A program made the position numbers and the translations under genes. A stretch of 64,000 bases of DNA from Mustelus asterias (taxonomy: Eukaryota). The notes beneath the pieces are model-generated. The model was not told where the DNA came from, did no database searches, and was given only the letters and a program-made list of their open reading frames with translations. The stretch spans positions 20,832,001-20,896,000 of the forward strand of contig NC_135823.1 of NCBI RefSeq assembly GCF_964213995.1, written 5' to 3'. Of the stretch, positions 1 through 11,235 are shown one piece after another. The stretch's first letter is position 1, and each line of letters begins with the position of its first letter.

Positions 1-112
1 ACATGTAGGCCAGACCAGGTAAGGATGGCAGATTACCATCTGTAAAGGACATTAGTGAACCAGATGTTTTTTTTTACAACAAATGACAATGGTTTCATCA
101 TTAAACTTTTAA

Positions 113-585
113 GTGGAAAAGATTGAAAGGGTGCAGAGGAGATTTACAAGGATGTTGCCTGGATTGAGTGGCATGTCTTATGAGGATAGGCTGAGGGAGT
201 TCGGTCTTTTCTCCTTGGAGAAATGAGAGGAGACCTAATAGAGGTATATAAGATGTTGAGAGGCATAGATCGGGTGGACTCTGAGGCTTTTTCCCAGGGT
301 GGAAATGGCTGCTACGAGAGGACACAGGTTTAAGGTGCTGGGGGGGTAGGTACAGGGGAAACGTTAGGGGGAAGTTTTTCACACAGAGGGTGGTGGGCGA
401 GTGGAATTGGCTGCCGTCAGTGGTGGTGGAGGCAAACTCAATAGTCTCTTTTAAGAGACTCCTGGATGAGTACATGGGACTTAATAGGATGGAGGGTTAT
501 AGGTAGGCCTAAAAGGTAGGGATATGTTCGGCACAACTTGTGGGGCCGAAGGACCTGTTTTGTGCTGTAGTTTTTCTATGTTTCT
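113..585 (+). mobile_element. CR1/HER1-type LINE 3' fragment with TSD
   Basis: CR1 ORF2 C-terminus (ERVQRRFTRMLPGL..SYEDRL), ttctatg tail, 13-bp direct repeat attaaacttttaa at 100-112 and 586-598. Confidence 0.85.
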
Positions 586-1435
586 ATTAAACTTTTAATT
601 CCAGATTTGTATTGAATTCAAATTTCGCCATCTGCTGTGGTGGGATTCGTAATAGGGTTCCCAGAGATGTCCTGGATCTCTGGATTACTAGCCCAGTGAC
701 AATACCACTGCTTCCCCTGTACAATCGGGGGGGGCTGGGTGGTGGGGTGGAGATCTTCAAGATGGCCCCAATCCCGTTTGTAAAAATTCCGTTCTGTGTC
801 CACTGGGGAGATGATGGCCTCGTGATATTATCGCTAGACTATTAATCCAGAAACTCAACAAATGTTCTTGGCACCTGGGTTCGAATCCCGCCATGGCAGA
901 TGGTGGAATTTGAATTTGATTTTTTAAAAGAATCTGGAATTAAGAATCTACTGATGACCGTGAAACCATTGTCGGAAAAACTCATCTGGTACACTAATTT
1001 CCTTTAGGGAAGGAAATCTGCTGTTCCTTTCCTGGTCTGGCCTACATGTAACTCCAGAGCCACAGCAATGTGGTTGACTATCAACTACCCCTCGAGGGCA
1101 ACTAGGAATGGGCAATAAATGCTGGACAGCCCATATCCCATGATTGAATTTTTAAAAATTGCATACCGGAGGAAAGGGTATTGGGAAAGAAAACAATTAA
1201 TCTGCAATGAGGAATCTTTATTTAGTGTTATTGGAGGTGAACAGTCAGAAGCGTCAAATTCCCTGCCATTTATGCAAGTTGGCAATTTCCACATTTTCTT
1301 TCTTATTTAAGCATGTCTCACAGAGCCTCATTGAACAGAGAAAGACAAAGATATTTTCTGTTCCTTGCCTCCCTCTTTAAACTACAAGTTGGGATAAAAT
1401 GCCAATTTTAATTCTGTGTATTCTTTTTGATTCAG

Positions 1436-1581
1436 GATTCTGGATACGATGTTGAGCTGTTTGAGAATGCCCCTGACCCTGAGTTCATCTGTACCATCTG
1501 TCACGGTGTGCTCAAAAACCCGGTGGAACTTGGCTGCCAGCATGTCTTCTGCAAAAGCTGCATTGCAAAGTGGCTTACAGA
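1436..1581 (+). CDS. RNF151: RNF151-like RING finger protein, first visible coding exon (the ATG exon was not located, probably upstream of the window)
   Basis: ttcag|GAT...GA|gtaaag; translates DSGYDVELFENAPDPEFICTICHGVLKNPVELGCQHVFCKSCIAKWLT, a C3HC4 RING start resembling RNF151 (GYDLNLF...CSVCHGVLKRP); neighbour of RPS2 as in human. Confidence 0.9.
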
Positions 1582-1833
1582 GTAAAGACTTCTTGCTCAT
1601 TTTTAAGAGTTCCTGGGGTATTTCAGTGTGTGTGTATGCCTGTACCTGGAGACTTCTGTATGAAATGCTATGTTTGAAAGTGAGGGTCTGTGTTTAAACT
1701 ATGGTTAAAAATGATGAAATATTGCTTTTGCTAAAGTTTCTATTGTTGAGTGAATTTTGACACATCTTGCATCTATATTGAAATATGTGGGAAGATTTTC
1801 AGCTGTTGCTCTTTAAGAGTACACTTGAGATGT

Positions 1834-2024
1834 AAAAGCAAATTACTGCGGATGCTGGAATCTGAAACAGAAAATGCTGGAAAATCTCAGCAGGTCTGAC
1901 AGCATCTGTGGGGAGAGGATAGAGCCAATGTTTCGAGTCTAGATGACCCTTTGGGTGATGAAAGGTCATCTAAACTCGAAACATTGGCTCTATTCTCTCC
2001 CCACAGATGCTGTCAGACCTGCTG
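1834..2024. mobile_element. Short Penelope-type non-autonomous element, fold-back copy
   Basis: About 65-bp near-perfect inverted repeat around 1952-1958; flanking acacttga..tgt direct repeat. Confidence 0.7.
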
Positions 2025-2816
2025 ACACTTGATGTGTCATGCATGCTGTTAGCTCACAGTCAAATAGCAAACTCCTGGGGCCATTTCCTATTGAAAAATA
2101 TTTTTCTCCCCCTTTCCTGCCTCGACCCCACCTGATTAGCACTGCTGCCTCACAGCGCAAGTGTTCAATTCCGGTCTCCACACTGTGTGGAATTTGCATG
2201 TTCTCCCAGTGTCTGGGTGGGTTTCCTCCAGATGCTCCAGTTCCCTCCCACAGTCCAAAGATGTGCGGGTTAGGTTGATTGGCCATGCTAAATTAACCCT
2301 TAGTGTAAGGGAGACTAGCTAGGGTAAATACATGGGGTTATGGGGATAGGGCTTGGGTAGGATTATTGTCAATGCAGGCTTGATGGGGCTGAATGGCCTC
2401 CTTCTGCACTGTAGGGATTCTATGATTCTATCTGATTGGATTTGAATTTAGATCACAAGGTCAAAGAACACTACTGACTTGGCTGCACTCCCCTCATAAA
2501 CGTTTAACAGTAAATGCACTTTATTTAGGAATTTATGTCTTTCCAGTAGATGCATATCCATCCTTGAGCATTTTTTTTTGAAGTAGAGATTTAAATATTA
2601 AGTTTATCTCCAATTCCATAACATCTTTCCCTGCTATGGCTTCACACATGCTTATGGTGAAAGCTCTTATTTATAGTTCATATGACCCTAAATTTGCATA
2701 TTGCCTCCCCTTCTCTTCTCTCTCTCTCTCCCCCAACCCCCCAAAACTAGGGTTTCGATAGGTGTACTTATTAACTTTTGCTTCCAGGATGCTGGAGACA
2801 GAGAAATGAGTTGTAT

Positions 2817-2948
2817 AAAAGCAAATTACTGCGGATGGCGGAATCTGAAACAAAATCAGAAAATGCTGGAAAATCTCAGCAGGTCTGACAGTGTCTGCGG
2901 AGAGAGAAACCGAGCTAATGTTTTGAGTCTGTATGACTCTTTGTCAGA
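2817..2948 (-). mobile_element. Short Penelope-type element (same family)
   Basis: aaaagcaaattactgcggatg...gactctttgtcag; flanked by cagagaaat(g/a)agtt. Confidence 0.7.
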
Positions 2949-3759
2949 GAAATAAGTTATCTCCGGCGTATTGCTGTGCAGTAACACTGCTCCACAATAT
3001 ATCGTTAGACACAACTGGGTACAGTTCACTTATCACTAATCAAATAGAGTAGTAAGGTTCAAATAAAAACACAGCTTATTCAATTATTAACAATGTCAAG
3101 TTGGCTGAGACGGTTGAGGGTTGCTTCTCCCATCTGTCTAAGGAGAGAGAATGGGGAGGACAATGGGTGGAGGAAGCAGGATGTTTTTGCCCTAAGATTG
3201 GATGAGTCATAGAGATGTACAGCACAGAAATGGGCCCTTCGGCCCAACTCGTCCATGCTGACCAGGCTTCCTAAATTGATCTAGTCCCGTTTGGCCCATA
3301 ATCGCACTAAGCCTTTCCCACCCATGTACCTGTCCAAATGTATTTTAAATGTTGTAATTGTGCCCGACTCTACCACCTCCTGGAAGCTTGTTCCATATAC
3401 ACACCACCCTTCTGAAAAAATTACCCCTCGGGTTCCTTTTTAAACCTTCCTGCTCTCACCTTAACCCTATGCCCTCTAGTTTTGGACTTCCCTGGGGAAA
3501 AGACTATGCCTCTTATAAACCTCTATAAGGTTACCCCTCATCCTCCTACGCTCCAGGGGAAAAAAAGTCCCAGCCTATCTGAAAGTATGTTTTGAGGGAT
3601 ACATTTGAATGTACTTTAGGAGACTGATGTGATCTAAATCTTTAACTTGTGGCTCGTATATAAAATGGTAGTCAAAAAAAAATTGTTTGCAAAGTATATT
3701 AATAGTTCCAGGTGTCCTATGGAATAATGAATTAACACGTCAATTGGTGAAGATGTTTT

Positions 3760-4072
3760 CGGCATGGTGGCAGTGGTTGGCACTGCTGCCTCACAGCGCC
3801 AGGGACCCGGGTTCAATTCCTGGCTTGGGTCACTGTCTGTGCGGAGTTTGCATATTCTCCCCATGTCTGTTTCTTTTGGGTGCTCCGATTTCCTCCCACA
3901 ATTCAAAGATGTGCGGGTTAGGTGGATTGGCCATGCTGAATTGTCCTTTAGCGTCAGGGGGGCTAGCTAGGGTAAATGCGTGGGGTTATGGGGATAGGGC
4001 CTGGGTGGGATTGTGGTCGCTGTAGACTCGATGGGCCAAATGGCCCCCTTCTGCACTGTAGGAGTCTATGAT
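3760..4072 (+). mobile_element. HE1-type V-SINE, representative of roughly 28 full or partial copies in the window
   Basis: tRNA-like head (TGGCACAGTGG A box, GGTTCRATTCC B box), V-domain ctgtgtggagtttgcacgttctccccgtgtctgcgtgggtttcctccgg, gattctat tail; other copies near 2130, 5138, 11645, 21387, 25030, 38775, 43362, 44925, 46710, 48515, 49203, 49960, 50325, 52703, 60400, 63253. Confidence 0.9.
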
Positions 4073-4148
4073 TCACATTGTTCCTGAATACATTGTTACA
4101 ATCACAATGTGGGTTTGCATTTGCCTAACATAATATAATTCCCTTCAG

Positions 4149-4245
4149 GAAGAAGGAGTGTCCTTACTGCAGGAAGAAGGTGCGGAGTGTGGCTCGATCC
4201 GTGATACCCATGATCCACAACCTGATTGGTCGATTGATCATGAAG
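4149..4245 (+). CDS. RNF151: RNF151-like exon (end of RING)
   Basis: cttcag|G...AAG|gtaagc, 97 nt, phase-compatible; (E)KKECPYCRKKVRSVARSVIPMIHNLIGRLIMK supplies the last CxxC pair. Confidence 0.9.
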
Positions 4246-4709
4246 GTAAGCTGAGAGTTGAAGTTGTGTGAAGCTAATTGATATCGGCTACAATGGGACC
4301 TGCTTTAAAGAAGCCAGTGCACATCACTGTCATTGGTTTCCGTCCTGTGATTTCCCCCGGTCTTGTTTCTCACATCCGTGAGTGAAGGTGGAAAAATGCT
4401 GAGGAAATTTGCCCGGTGGGGAAGGAGCAAGTAAGAAACTTGCCTGGATAACTGGCTTTCCTGCGTCAATTTTGTTTGTACATTTTAAGGGTTGAAGGGC
4501 AGGTCTTCAGTCTGTCTTTTTTCATTTGGAAAGAAGTCCTAACTCTTTTTTTTGGATTGCGATCAGTGCTCTCAAAACTAGATCGTCGAATTTTGCAGTA
4601 CAAAATTCTGCCATTTGGTCCATCGTTCCCTGTACCAGCTCTTTGAAAATGTGATCCAATCTGTCCCCTCTACTTGCTCTTTGCCTAACCACTCTACACC
4701 ATTTTCCTT

Positions 4710-5110
4710 GAGGGGAGAGATGGTGGTGCAGTGGTAATGCCACTGGATTAGTAACCCAGAGGTCCAGGCTGATGTTCTATGAACGTGGGTTCAAATCCCA
4801 CCGCGACGGCTGGTGGAATTTGAAATTCAGTTAATACGTTTTCTTCTCAAATCTGGAATTGAAAGCTCATCTTAGTAGGAATGACCTTTTCAAAAAGGAA
4901 AACCTATCTGGTTCACAAATGATCTTTAGGGAAGGAAATCTGTTGTCCTTACTTGGTCTGGCCTACATGTGTCCCCAGACCCACAGCAATGTGATTGACT
5001 CTTAACTGCCCTCTGAAAAGGCCTAGTGAGCCATTCGTTCAAGGGCAATTAGGAATGGGCAACAAATGCTGGCCCAGCCAGCGATGCCCACATCCCATGA
5101 ATGACTAATT
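4710..5110 (+). mobile_element. Second tRNA-derived SINE family (also about 805-1160)
   Basis: tggtgcagtggtaatg...gggttcaaatccc head, ggaaggaaatctg...ggtctggcctacatgtg core; tail aagggcaattaggaatgggcaacaaatgctggcc shared with LINE 3' ends in the window. Confidence 0.75.
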
Positions 5111-5468
5111 TTTAACAATTCTCCTGTTTTATTTTTTGGGGGCAGCATGGTGGTTAGCACTGCTGTCTCACCGCCAGGGACCCAGGTTCGATTCCCGGCT
5201 TGGGTCACTGTCTGTGTGGAGTTTGCACGTTTCCCCCGTGTCTGTGTGGGTTTCCTCCCACAGTCCAAAGGTGTGCAGGTTAGGTGGATTGGCCATGTTA
5301 AATTGCCCCTTAGTGCTAGGGGGATTAGCTTAGGGCAAATGCATTGGGGTAAATGGGGATGGGGCCTGGGTGGGATTGTTGTTGGTGCAGACTCGATGGG
5401 CTGAATGGCCTCCTACTCTGTAGGGATTCTATGATAATGGCTCTTGGCTCTCCGCTTCTGTAATGCAG

Positions 5469-5859
5469 TGTGAAAACCTTGTCTATGGTTGCCGGGAGAC
5501 GTTTCCCCTTGAACAGTACACGAGGCATAAAGCTGCTTGCGAATTTAGGATGGTCAGATGCAAGCATGAAGCCTGTACCACCGAAGTCTTTCAGAAGAAC
5601 CTTGCTGCTCATGAACAAGTTTGTGAACATTGGAGCCAGTCTTGCAGAATGGGATGTGGAGCCCAGCTTACCCAGATCCAGCTGGAGGAACACAACTGCT
5701 ACCGGGACGCAAAGAAAAAGTACAAGGAAAAGATAGCTCTTCTCAGAAGTCGGTTGTGCAGGATGCACCATCGCCTGAAGCTATTTGAAGGGATCATTCA
5801 GGATTGGGTCTCGGATGATCACTTGCAGTTTACCGATCCTACTGCCTATGAAGATGATG
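5469..5859 (+). CDS. RNF151: RNF151-like exon (TRAF/SIAH-type zinc fingers and coiled coil)
   Basis: tgcag|TGT...GAT G|gtgagt; CENLVYGCRETFPL...CRMGCGAQL...HNCYRD resembles RNF151 CPLGCGATL...HNCYRE. Confidence 0.9.
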
Positions 5860-5984
5860 GTGAGTAACTATATGGCTCAACACACAATTAATTAGTTACT
5901 TGTGGGTAAAGTTGCAGGAGGGTGGCACAGCCAGTGATGCCCACATTCCATGAATGAATAATGTTTAAATTCTCTCGTTCTTTT

Positions 5985-6300
5985 TGGGGCAGCATGGTGG
6001 CACAGTGGTTAGCACTGCTGCCTCACAGCGCCGCGGACCCAGGTTCGGTTCCCGGCTTGGGTCGCTGCTTGTGCGGGGTCTGCACGTTCTCCCCGTGTCT
6101 GCGTGGGTTTCCTCCGGTTTCCCCGCCACGGTCCAAAAGACGTGCTGGTTAGGTGCATTGACCACACTAAAATTTTCCCTCTGTGTACCCAAACAAGCGC
6201 CAGAGTGTGGCGACTAGGGAATTTTATAGGGGGAGTAACTTCTTTGCAGTGTTAATGTAAGCCTACTTGTGACACTAATGAACAAATAAACTTGAAACTT
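5985..6300 (+). mobile_element. V-SINE variant with alternative 3' tail
   Basis: Same head and core as HE1 but tail gtgtacccaaacaggcgccggagtgtggcgac...cttgtgacactaataaataaactt; also near 7025, 13900, 30760, 34045, 54345, 62545. Confidence 0.8.
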
Positions 6301-7805
6301 AAGAAGAGCAGCACTCTGACTAACGGTGGAGTGATTTGTCCCAGAATCTTGTAGAAAGGTGAGATTCCAGCATTGGTCTCGAAGGAACAGTCCAGTTGTT
6401 AATACTCTATAAAGGGAACAGGTGGCAACATATTTCCATTTAGGTTTCAATACCTAGGATGGAAAATTTAACTCTCAGCCCAAGAGGAATACTAATAACC
6501 GCATGAAAAGGGAATGTAAAAGCAGGCAGGATAGGTTGAATCATTCCTCAATAAAGAGCCAACCTGTCATTGACCAAACACCATTACAGAAAACAGATCT
6601 TGTTAATCTTAGCTACAGCTGTTCGCCGCAGGTTAACGAGAAGAAATTAGACTGAAAACTGCCATTTTGCTTTGTGATTTGACCCATTCGCCACCCATCT
6701 AAAATCACAAAGCCACTGCAGAGTTGCCAAGTTAGAATGGTCTTCCCATGCATAACGACACAAAGGAGTTGAATGCTGGAGTTGTAACAAAGACGCTATG
6801 TGAACTCATGAAAAGCAAGTGATTAATTGTGGAAATCCTTTTCTATGCTGCCCAGGGGTACAGTAAATGCTAGCATGCTGACTCGTTGAAATTGAATTAA
6901 ATAAACCTGGTAACCTATGGGCCGAGGCCGTGGACTCTTTTGCCTTTTCCTAAAAGCCTGCTAATGTCCTTCAGTGAAGTGAACCTGCCACCCTTGCTCA
7001 GTCCGGCTGAACGTGACCACTATACAGCACGGTAGCACAGTGGTTAGCACTGCTACTTCACAGCACCAGGAGCCTGGGTTCGATTCCCAGCTTGAGTCAC
7101 TGTCTGTGTGGAGTTTGCGCGTTCTCCCCGTGTCTGCGTGAGTTTCCTCCGGATGCTCCGGTTTCCTCCCTCAGTCTGAAAGACGTGGGTTAGGTACGTT
7201 GGCCGTGCTAAATTCTCCCTCAGTGTACCCAAACAGGCGGCGGGGTGTGGCAACTAGGGGATTCTCACAATAACTTCATTTGCAGTGTTAATGTAAGTCT
7301 ACTTGTGACACTAATAAATAAACTTTATAACCATTTATTTTTTAATGCCCCTGAGTTTGTATACGAAGGCTGTGCGACAGTCACTTGGGAAAGGAAGTAC
7401 CGACAAGTCGACGTGCCTCGCACCCTGAAAACAAATGTCTATCGATTTTATGGAAAAACATTTTGGATGGTAGATAGCGACATGAGGGGAGTCTTTCAGA
7501 CTGTGGGAGGAAACCGGAGCATCCGGAGGAAACCCACGTAGACACGGGGAGAACATGCAAACTCCACACAGACAGTGCCTCAAGCTGGGAATCGAACCCA
7601 GGCCCCTGGTGCTGTGAAGCGGAGTGGAGATAAACTTTCTCTGTCAGCTTTTGGTGACCCAAACTGTGTGAGAGTGCTCTCGTTTGTTCTGAACTGACTG
7701 ACCTTTGTACAGTCCTATTCAATGCTCTCAACAGCCGATACAGGCTGTAGCTTTTCAAATGATGGTACAATAGAAAAATACAACTAATGTATTTCTGTGT
7801 CTCAG

Positions 7806-7943
7806 GAAATGCAGACTTGGCTGCTGAAGCCCAAGAAGGTGACGATGACAACATTATGGATGCAGAGTTCGATGAAAATGAAAGCCCGTATTCCTGGAGC
7901 TGGAGTAACATAGGAAATGGAGATGGGCAGTCAGCAGAGGAAG
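7806..7943 (+). CDS. RNF151: RNF151-like acidic exon, GC donor
   Basis: ctcag|GA AAT..., open acidic frame GNADLAAEAQEGDDDNIMDAEFDENESPYSWSWSNIGNGDGQSAEE, ends AAG|gcaagt; phase 1 at both ends. Confidence 0.65.
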
Positions 7944-9593
7944 GCAAGTCAGGAATGGTGGGTGGGGGTGTAGGGAGAGGTGCGTGCAGAGAAAACATTA
8001 TTGATGTCGTAGATCATTTAGTCATGAAACTAATAACGTTATTTATGGCATGGTTAATCAGTATGGTTGAAGTCCGGTTAAGGTTACCTTTATATTGCAT
8101 GCATTACAGTGAACAGTTGTGAGAGCCAGAAAGGTTCTAGTCAACACATGGGTTTTGGGGTTATTAGAAATGCACTAAGGCATGTTCTGATTTGGGTGGG
8201 GCTGATGGACCAAGGTTCCTCTCTTGGCTGGATCTGCTACTGTGTATGTTAGATGTGACAAAGGCCCACTAATCTTATGTTTCTAGTTGCTCAACATGTT
8301 TCATTGCGAGCACTTATCGTCCAGTTCAAGTGGACACCAAATAGTGATTCTGAATGAATTGGGTGGTTTTCCAAATATGTTTCAGGTGCCATTATAGTCC
8401 TTTAAGCCTGAAAAAAGCAGTAGTACAATCAAATGCCAATTCAGGTCAGGTAAAATAAAGTTGTTTCAAAGCGCATGATGTCTAAGTTTCATTAGTTACC
8501 TCCTTTCTCTTTGCTGCCAGCTTTGTAAAGTTAGCCCCATGAGCTACTCTTTGCTTTCTGCCCCTGAGCTGTTCTGAGTTCCGGGAGGTTTTCTAGTTTC
8601 TATCAAATTCCAATGCAATGTGCAGATTTGGCTGCATCTTGCCATTTGTGAGCTAAGCTAGCAGCGAGGGTATAGCACTGAGATCCCGGTGATTGCCACT
8701 GATCCACTTTTACTTTTAAAATACGTGGCAGGAGCCATGTGATCTCTGCCCCCTGTGTCCCTGCTAATTTAAAGGGTCCTGATAACTGGGAAACCAGGTT
8801 TGTGCAAAGTGGCATAACATGGGATTCAGAAGACTAACCTGAGAACGTTGAAAACTAGGAGTAGGCCATATGACCCCTCCGGCCTGCCCTGTCATTCATC
8901 TGATCTTCTGTCTCCTCATTCCACTTTCCTGCTCTATCTCCATACCCCTGAGAGCTTAAAAAATTCTCCATCTCCGGGACAATATGAACATTTTCAATTG
9001 AGTATCCATGGTCCTCTGGTAGATAAAGGTTCACAACCCTGAGTGAGTAAATTTCACAGAAATGCAGAATGATTACAGCACGAGGCCTTTTGGCCCATTG
9101 TGTCTGTGCCAGCCCTCCGAAAAGAGCAGTTTGCTTTGTGCTATTCCCCTGCCTCTTCCCTGCAATTGTTCCTTTTCAGATAATTCAATTACCTGGTGAA
9201 TGCCTCAATTGAACCTGCCTCCACCCTACTCTCTGGCAGTGCAGATCCCAATCGCCTGCTGTGTGAAAGTTTTTTTTTCTCCTTTCTCTATTGCTACTTT
9301 TACCGATTCCCTTAAACTTGTTCCCTCTGGTTCTCAATCTTTATTTGGCACCATTTCCCTCTGTCTAGAATCATCGTGATTTTCACAGCCTCTTCCAAAC
9401 GTTCCCTTCCCCAAAGAAAACAAGTTGTAACTTCTTCAATCTATCTACTTAACTCATCCCTGGAATCATTCTTGTGAATCTTTTCTATACACTCTTTCTA
9501 ACCCCCCCCCCCCCCCCATCTCTCCTGAAGTATGAGGGCTAGAATTGATTGTAATACTCTAGTTGCAGCTAAACCAGTGTTCTATACAATATT

Positions 9594-11235
9594 GATGTGG
9601 GGATGTCGGCGTTGGACTGGGGTAAATACAGTAAGAAGTCTCACAACACCAGGTTAAAGTCCAACAGGTTTATTTGGTAGCACAAGCCACTAGCTTTCTG
9701 AGCACTGCCCCTTCATCAGGTAAATGGGAGTTCTGTTCACAAACAGGGCATATAAAGACACAAACTCAATTTACAAAATAATGGTTGGAATGTGAGTCTT
9801 TACAAGTAATCATGTCTTAAAGGTACAGACAATGTGAGTGGACAGAGAGTTAAGCACACGTTAAAGAGATGTGCATTGTCTCCAGCCAGGACAGTTAGAA
9901 ATGTTGCAAGTCATGGGGGTTACAGATAGTGTGACGTGAACCCAAGATCCCGGTTGAGGCCATCCTCGCGTGTGTGGAACTTCGCTATCAGTCTCTGCTC
10001 AGCGACTCTGCGCTGTTGTGTGTCGTGAAGGCCGCCTTGGAGAACGCTTACCCGAAGATCAGAGGCCAAATGCCTGTGACCGCTGAAGTGTTCCCCAACA
10101 GGAAGAGAACATGCTTTCCTAGTGATTGTCGAGCGGTGTTCATTCATCTGTTGTCGTAGCGTCTGCATTGTCTCCACAATGCACCATGCCTCGGGACATC
10201 CTTTCCTGCAGCGTATCAGGTAGACAACGTTGGCCGAGTTGCAAGTGTATGTACTGTGTACTTGGTGGATGGTGTTCTCACGTGAGACGATGGCATCCGT
10301 GTTGATGATCCGGCACGTCTTGCAGAGGTTGCTGTGGCAGGGTTGTGTGATGTCGTGGTCACTGTTCTCCTGAAGGCTGGGTAGTTTGCTGCGGACCATG
10401 GTCTGTTTGAGGTTGTGCGGTTGTTTGAAGGCAAGAAGTGGGGGTGTGGAGATGAACTTGGCGAGATGTTCGTCTTCATCAATGACATGTTGAAGGCTCT
10501 GGAGAAGATGTCATAGCTTCTCCGCTCCGGGGAACTACTGGATGACGGGTACTCTATCTGCTGTGTCCCATGTTTGTCTTCTGAGGAGGTCGGTGCGGTT
10601 TTTTTGCTGTGCCACAAGCCTGCCACAGCAACCTCTGCAAGACGTGCCGGATCATCGACACGGATGCCATCATCTCACGTGAGAACATCATCCACCAGGT
10701 ACACAGTACATACTCCTGCAACTCGGCCAACTCAACAATCACCAGGCAAGAGTGTTCTCTTCCTGGTGGGGAACACTTCAGCGGTCACAGGCATTCGGCC
10801 TCTGAACTTTGGGTAAGCGTTCTCCAAGGCAGCCTTCACAACGCATGACAGCGCAGAGTTGCTGAGCAGAGACTGATAGCCAAGTTCCGCACACATGAGG
10901 ACGGCCTCAACCGAGATCTTGGGTTCATGTCACACTATCTGTAACCCCCACAACTTGCCTGGGTTTGCAAAATCTCACTAACTGTCCTGGCTGGAGACAA
11001 TTCACACCTCTTTTAACCTGTGCTTAATCCTCTCGCCACTCACATTTGTCTGTACCTGTAAAGACCCGCATTCCAACCATTATTTTGTAAATTGAGTTTG
11101 TGTCTTTAGATGCCCTGTTTGTGAACAGAACTCCCACTCACCTGACGAAGGGGCAGCAAGCACTCCGAAAGCTCGTGGCTTGTGCTACCAAATAAACCTG
11201 TTGGACTTTAACCTGGAGTTGTGAGACTTCTTACT
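9594..11235. mobile_element. Penelope-like element (GIY-YIG endonuclease region and pLTR) in inverted arrangement
   Basis: ORF 9920-10399(-) NVVYLIRCRKGCPEAWCIVETMQTLRQQMNEHR...VGEHF...GLNRDLGF is a GIY-YIG domain; mirrored arm 10609-11235(+); ctatacaatatt at 9582-9593 and 11234-11245. Confidence 0.9.

Noticed and set aside
3687-4025. Recurrent ORFs of the WLALLPHSARDPGSIPG / MVSTAASQRQGPG type
   Set aside because: Translations of SINE copies in several frames, not genes
7381-7998. 205-aa minus-strand ORF, the longest in the track
   Set aside because: Composite of the antisense of an RNF151 exon and a SINE; no domain features
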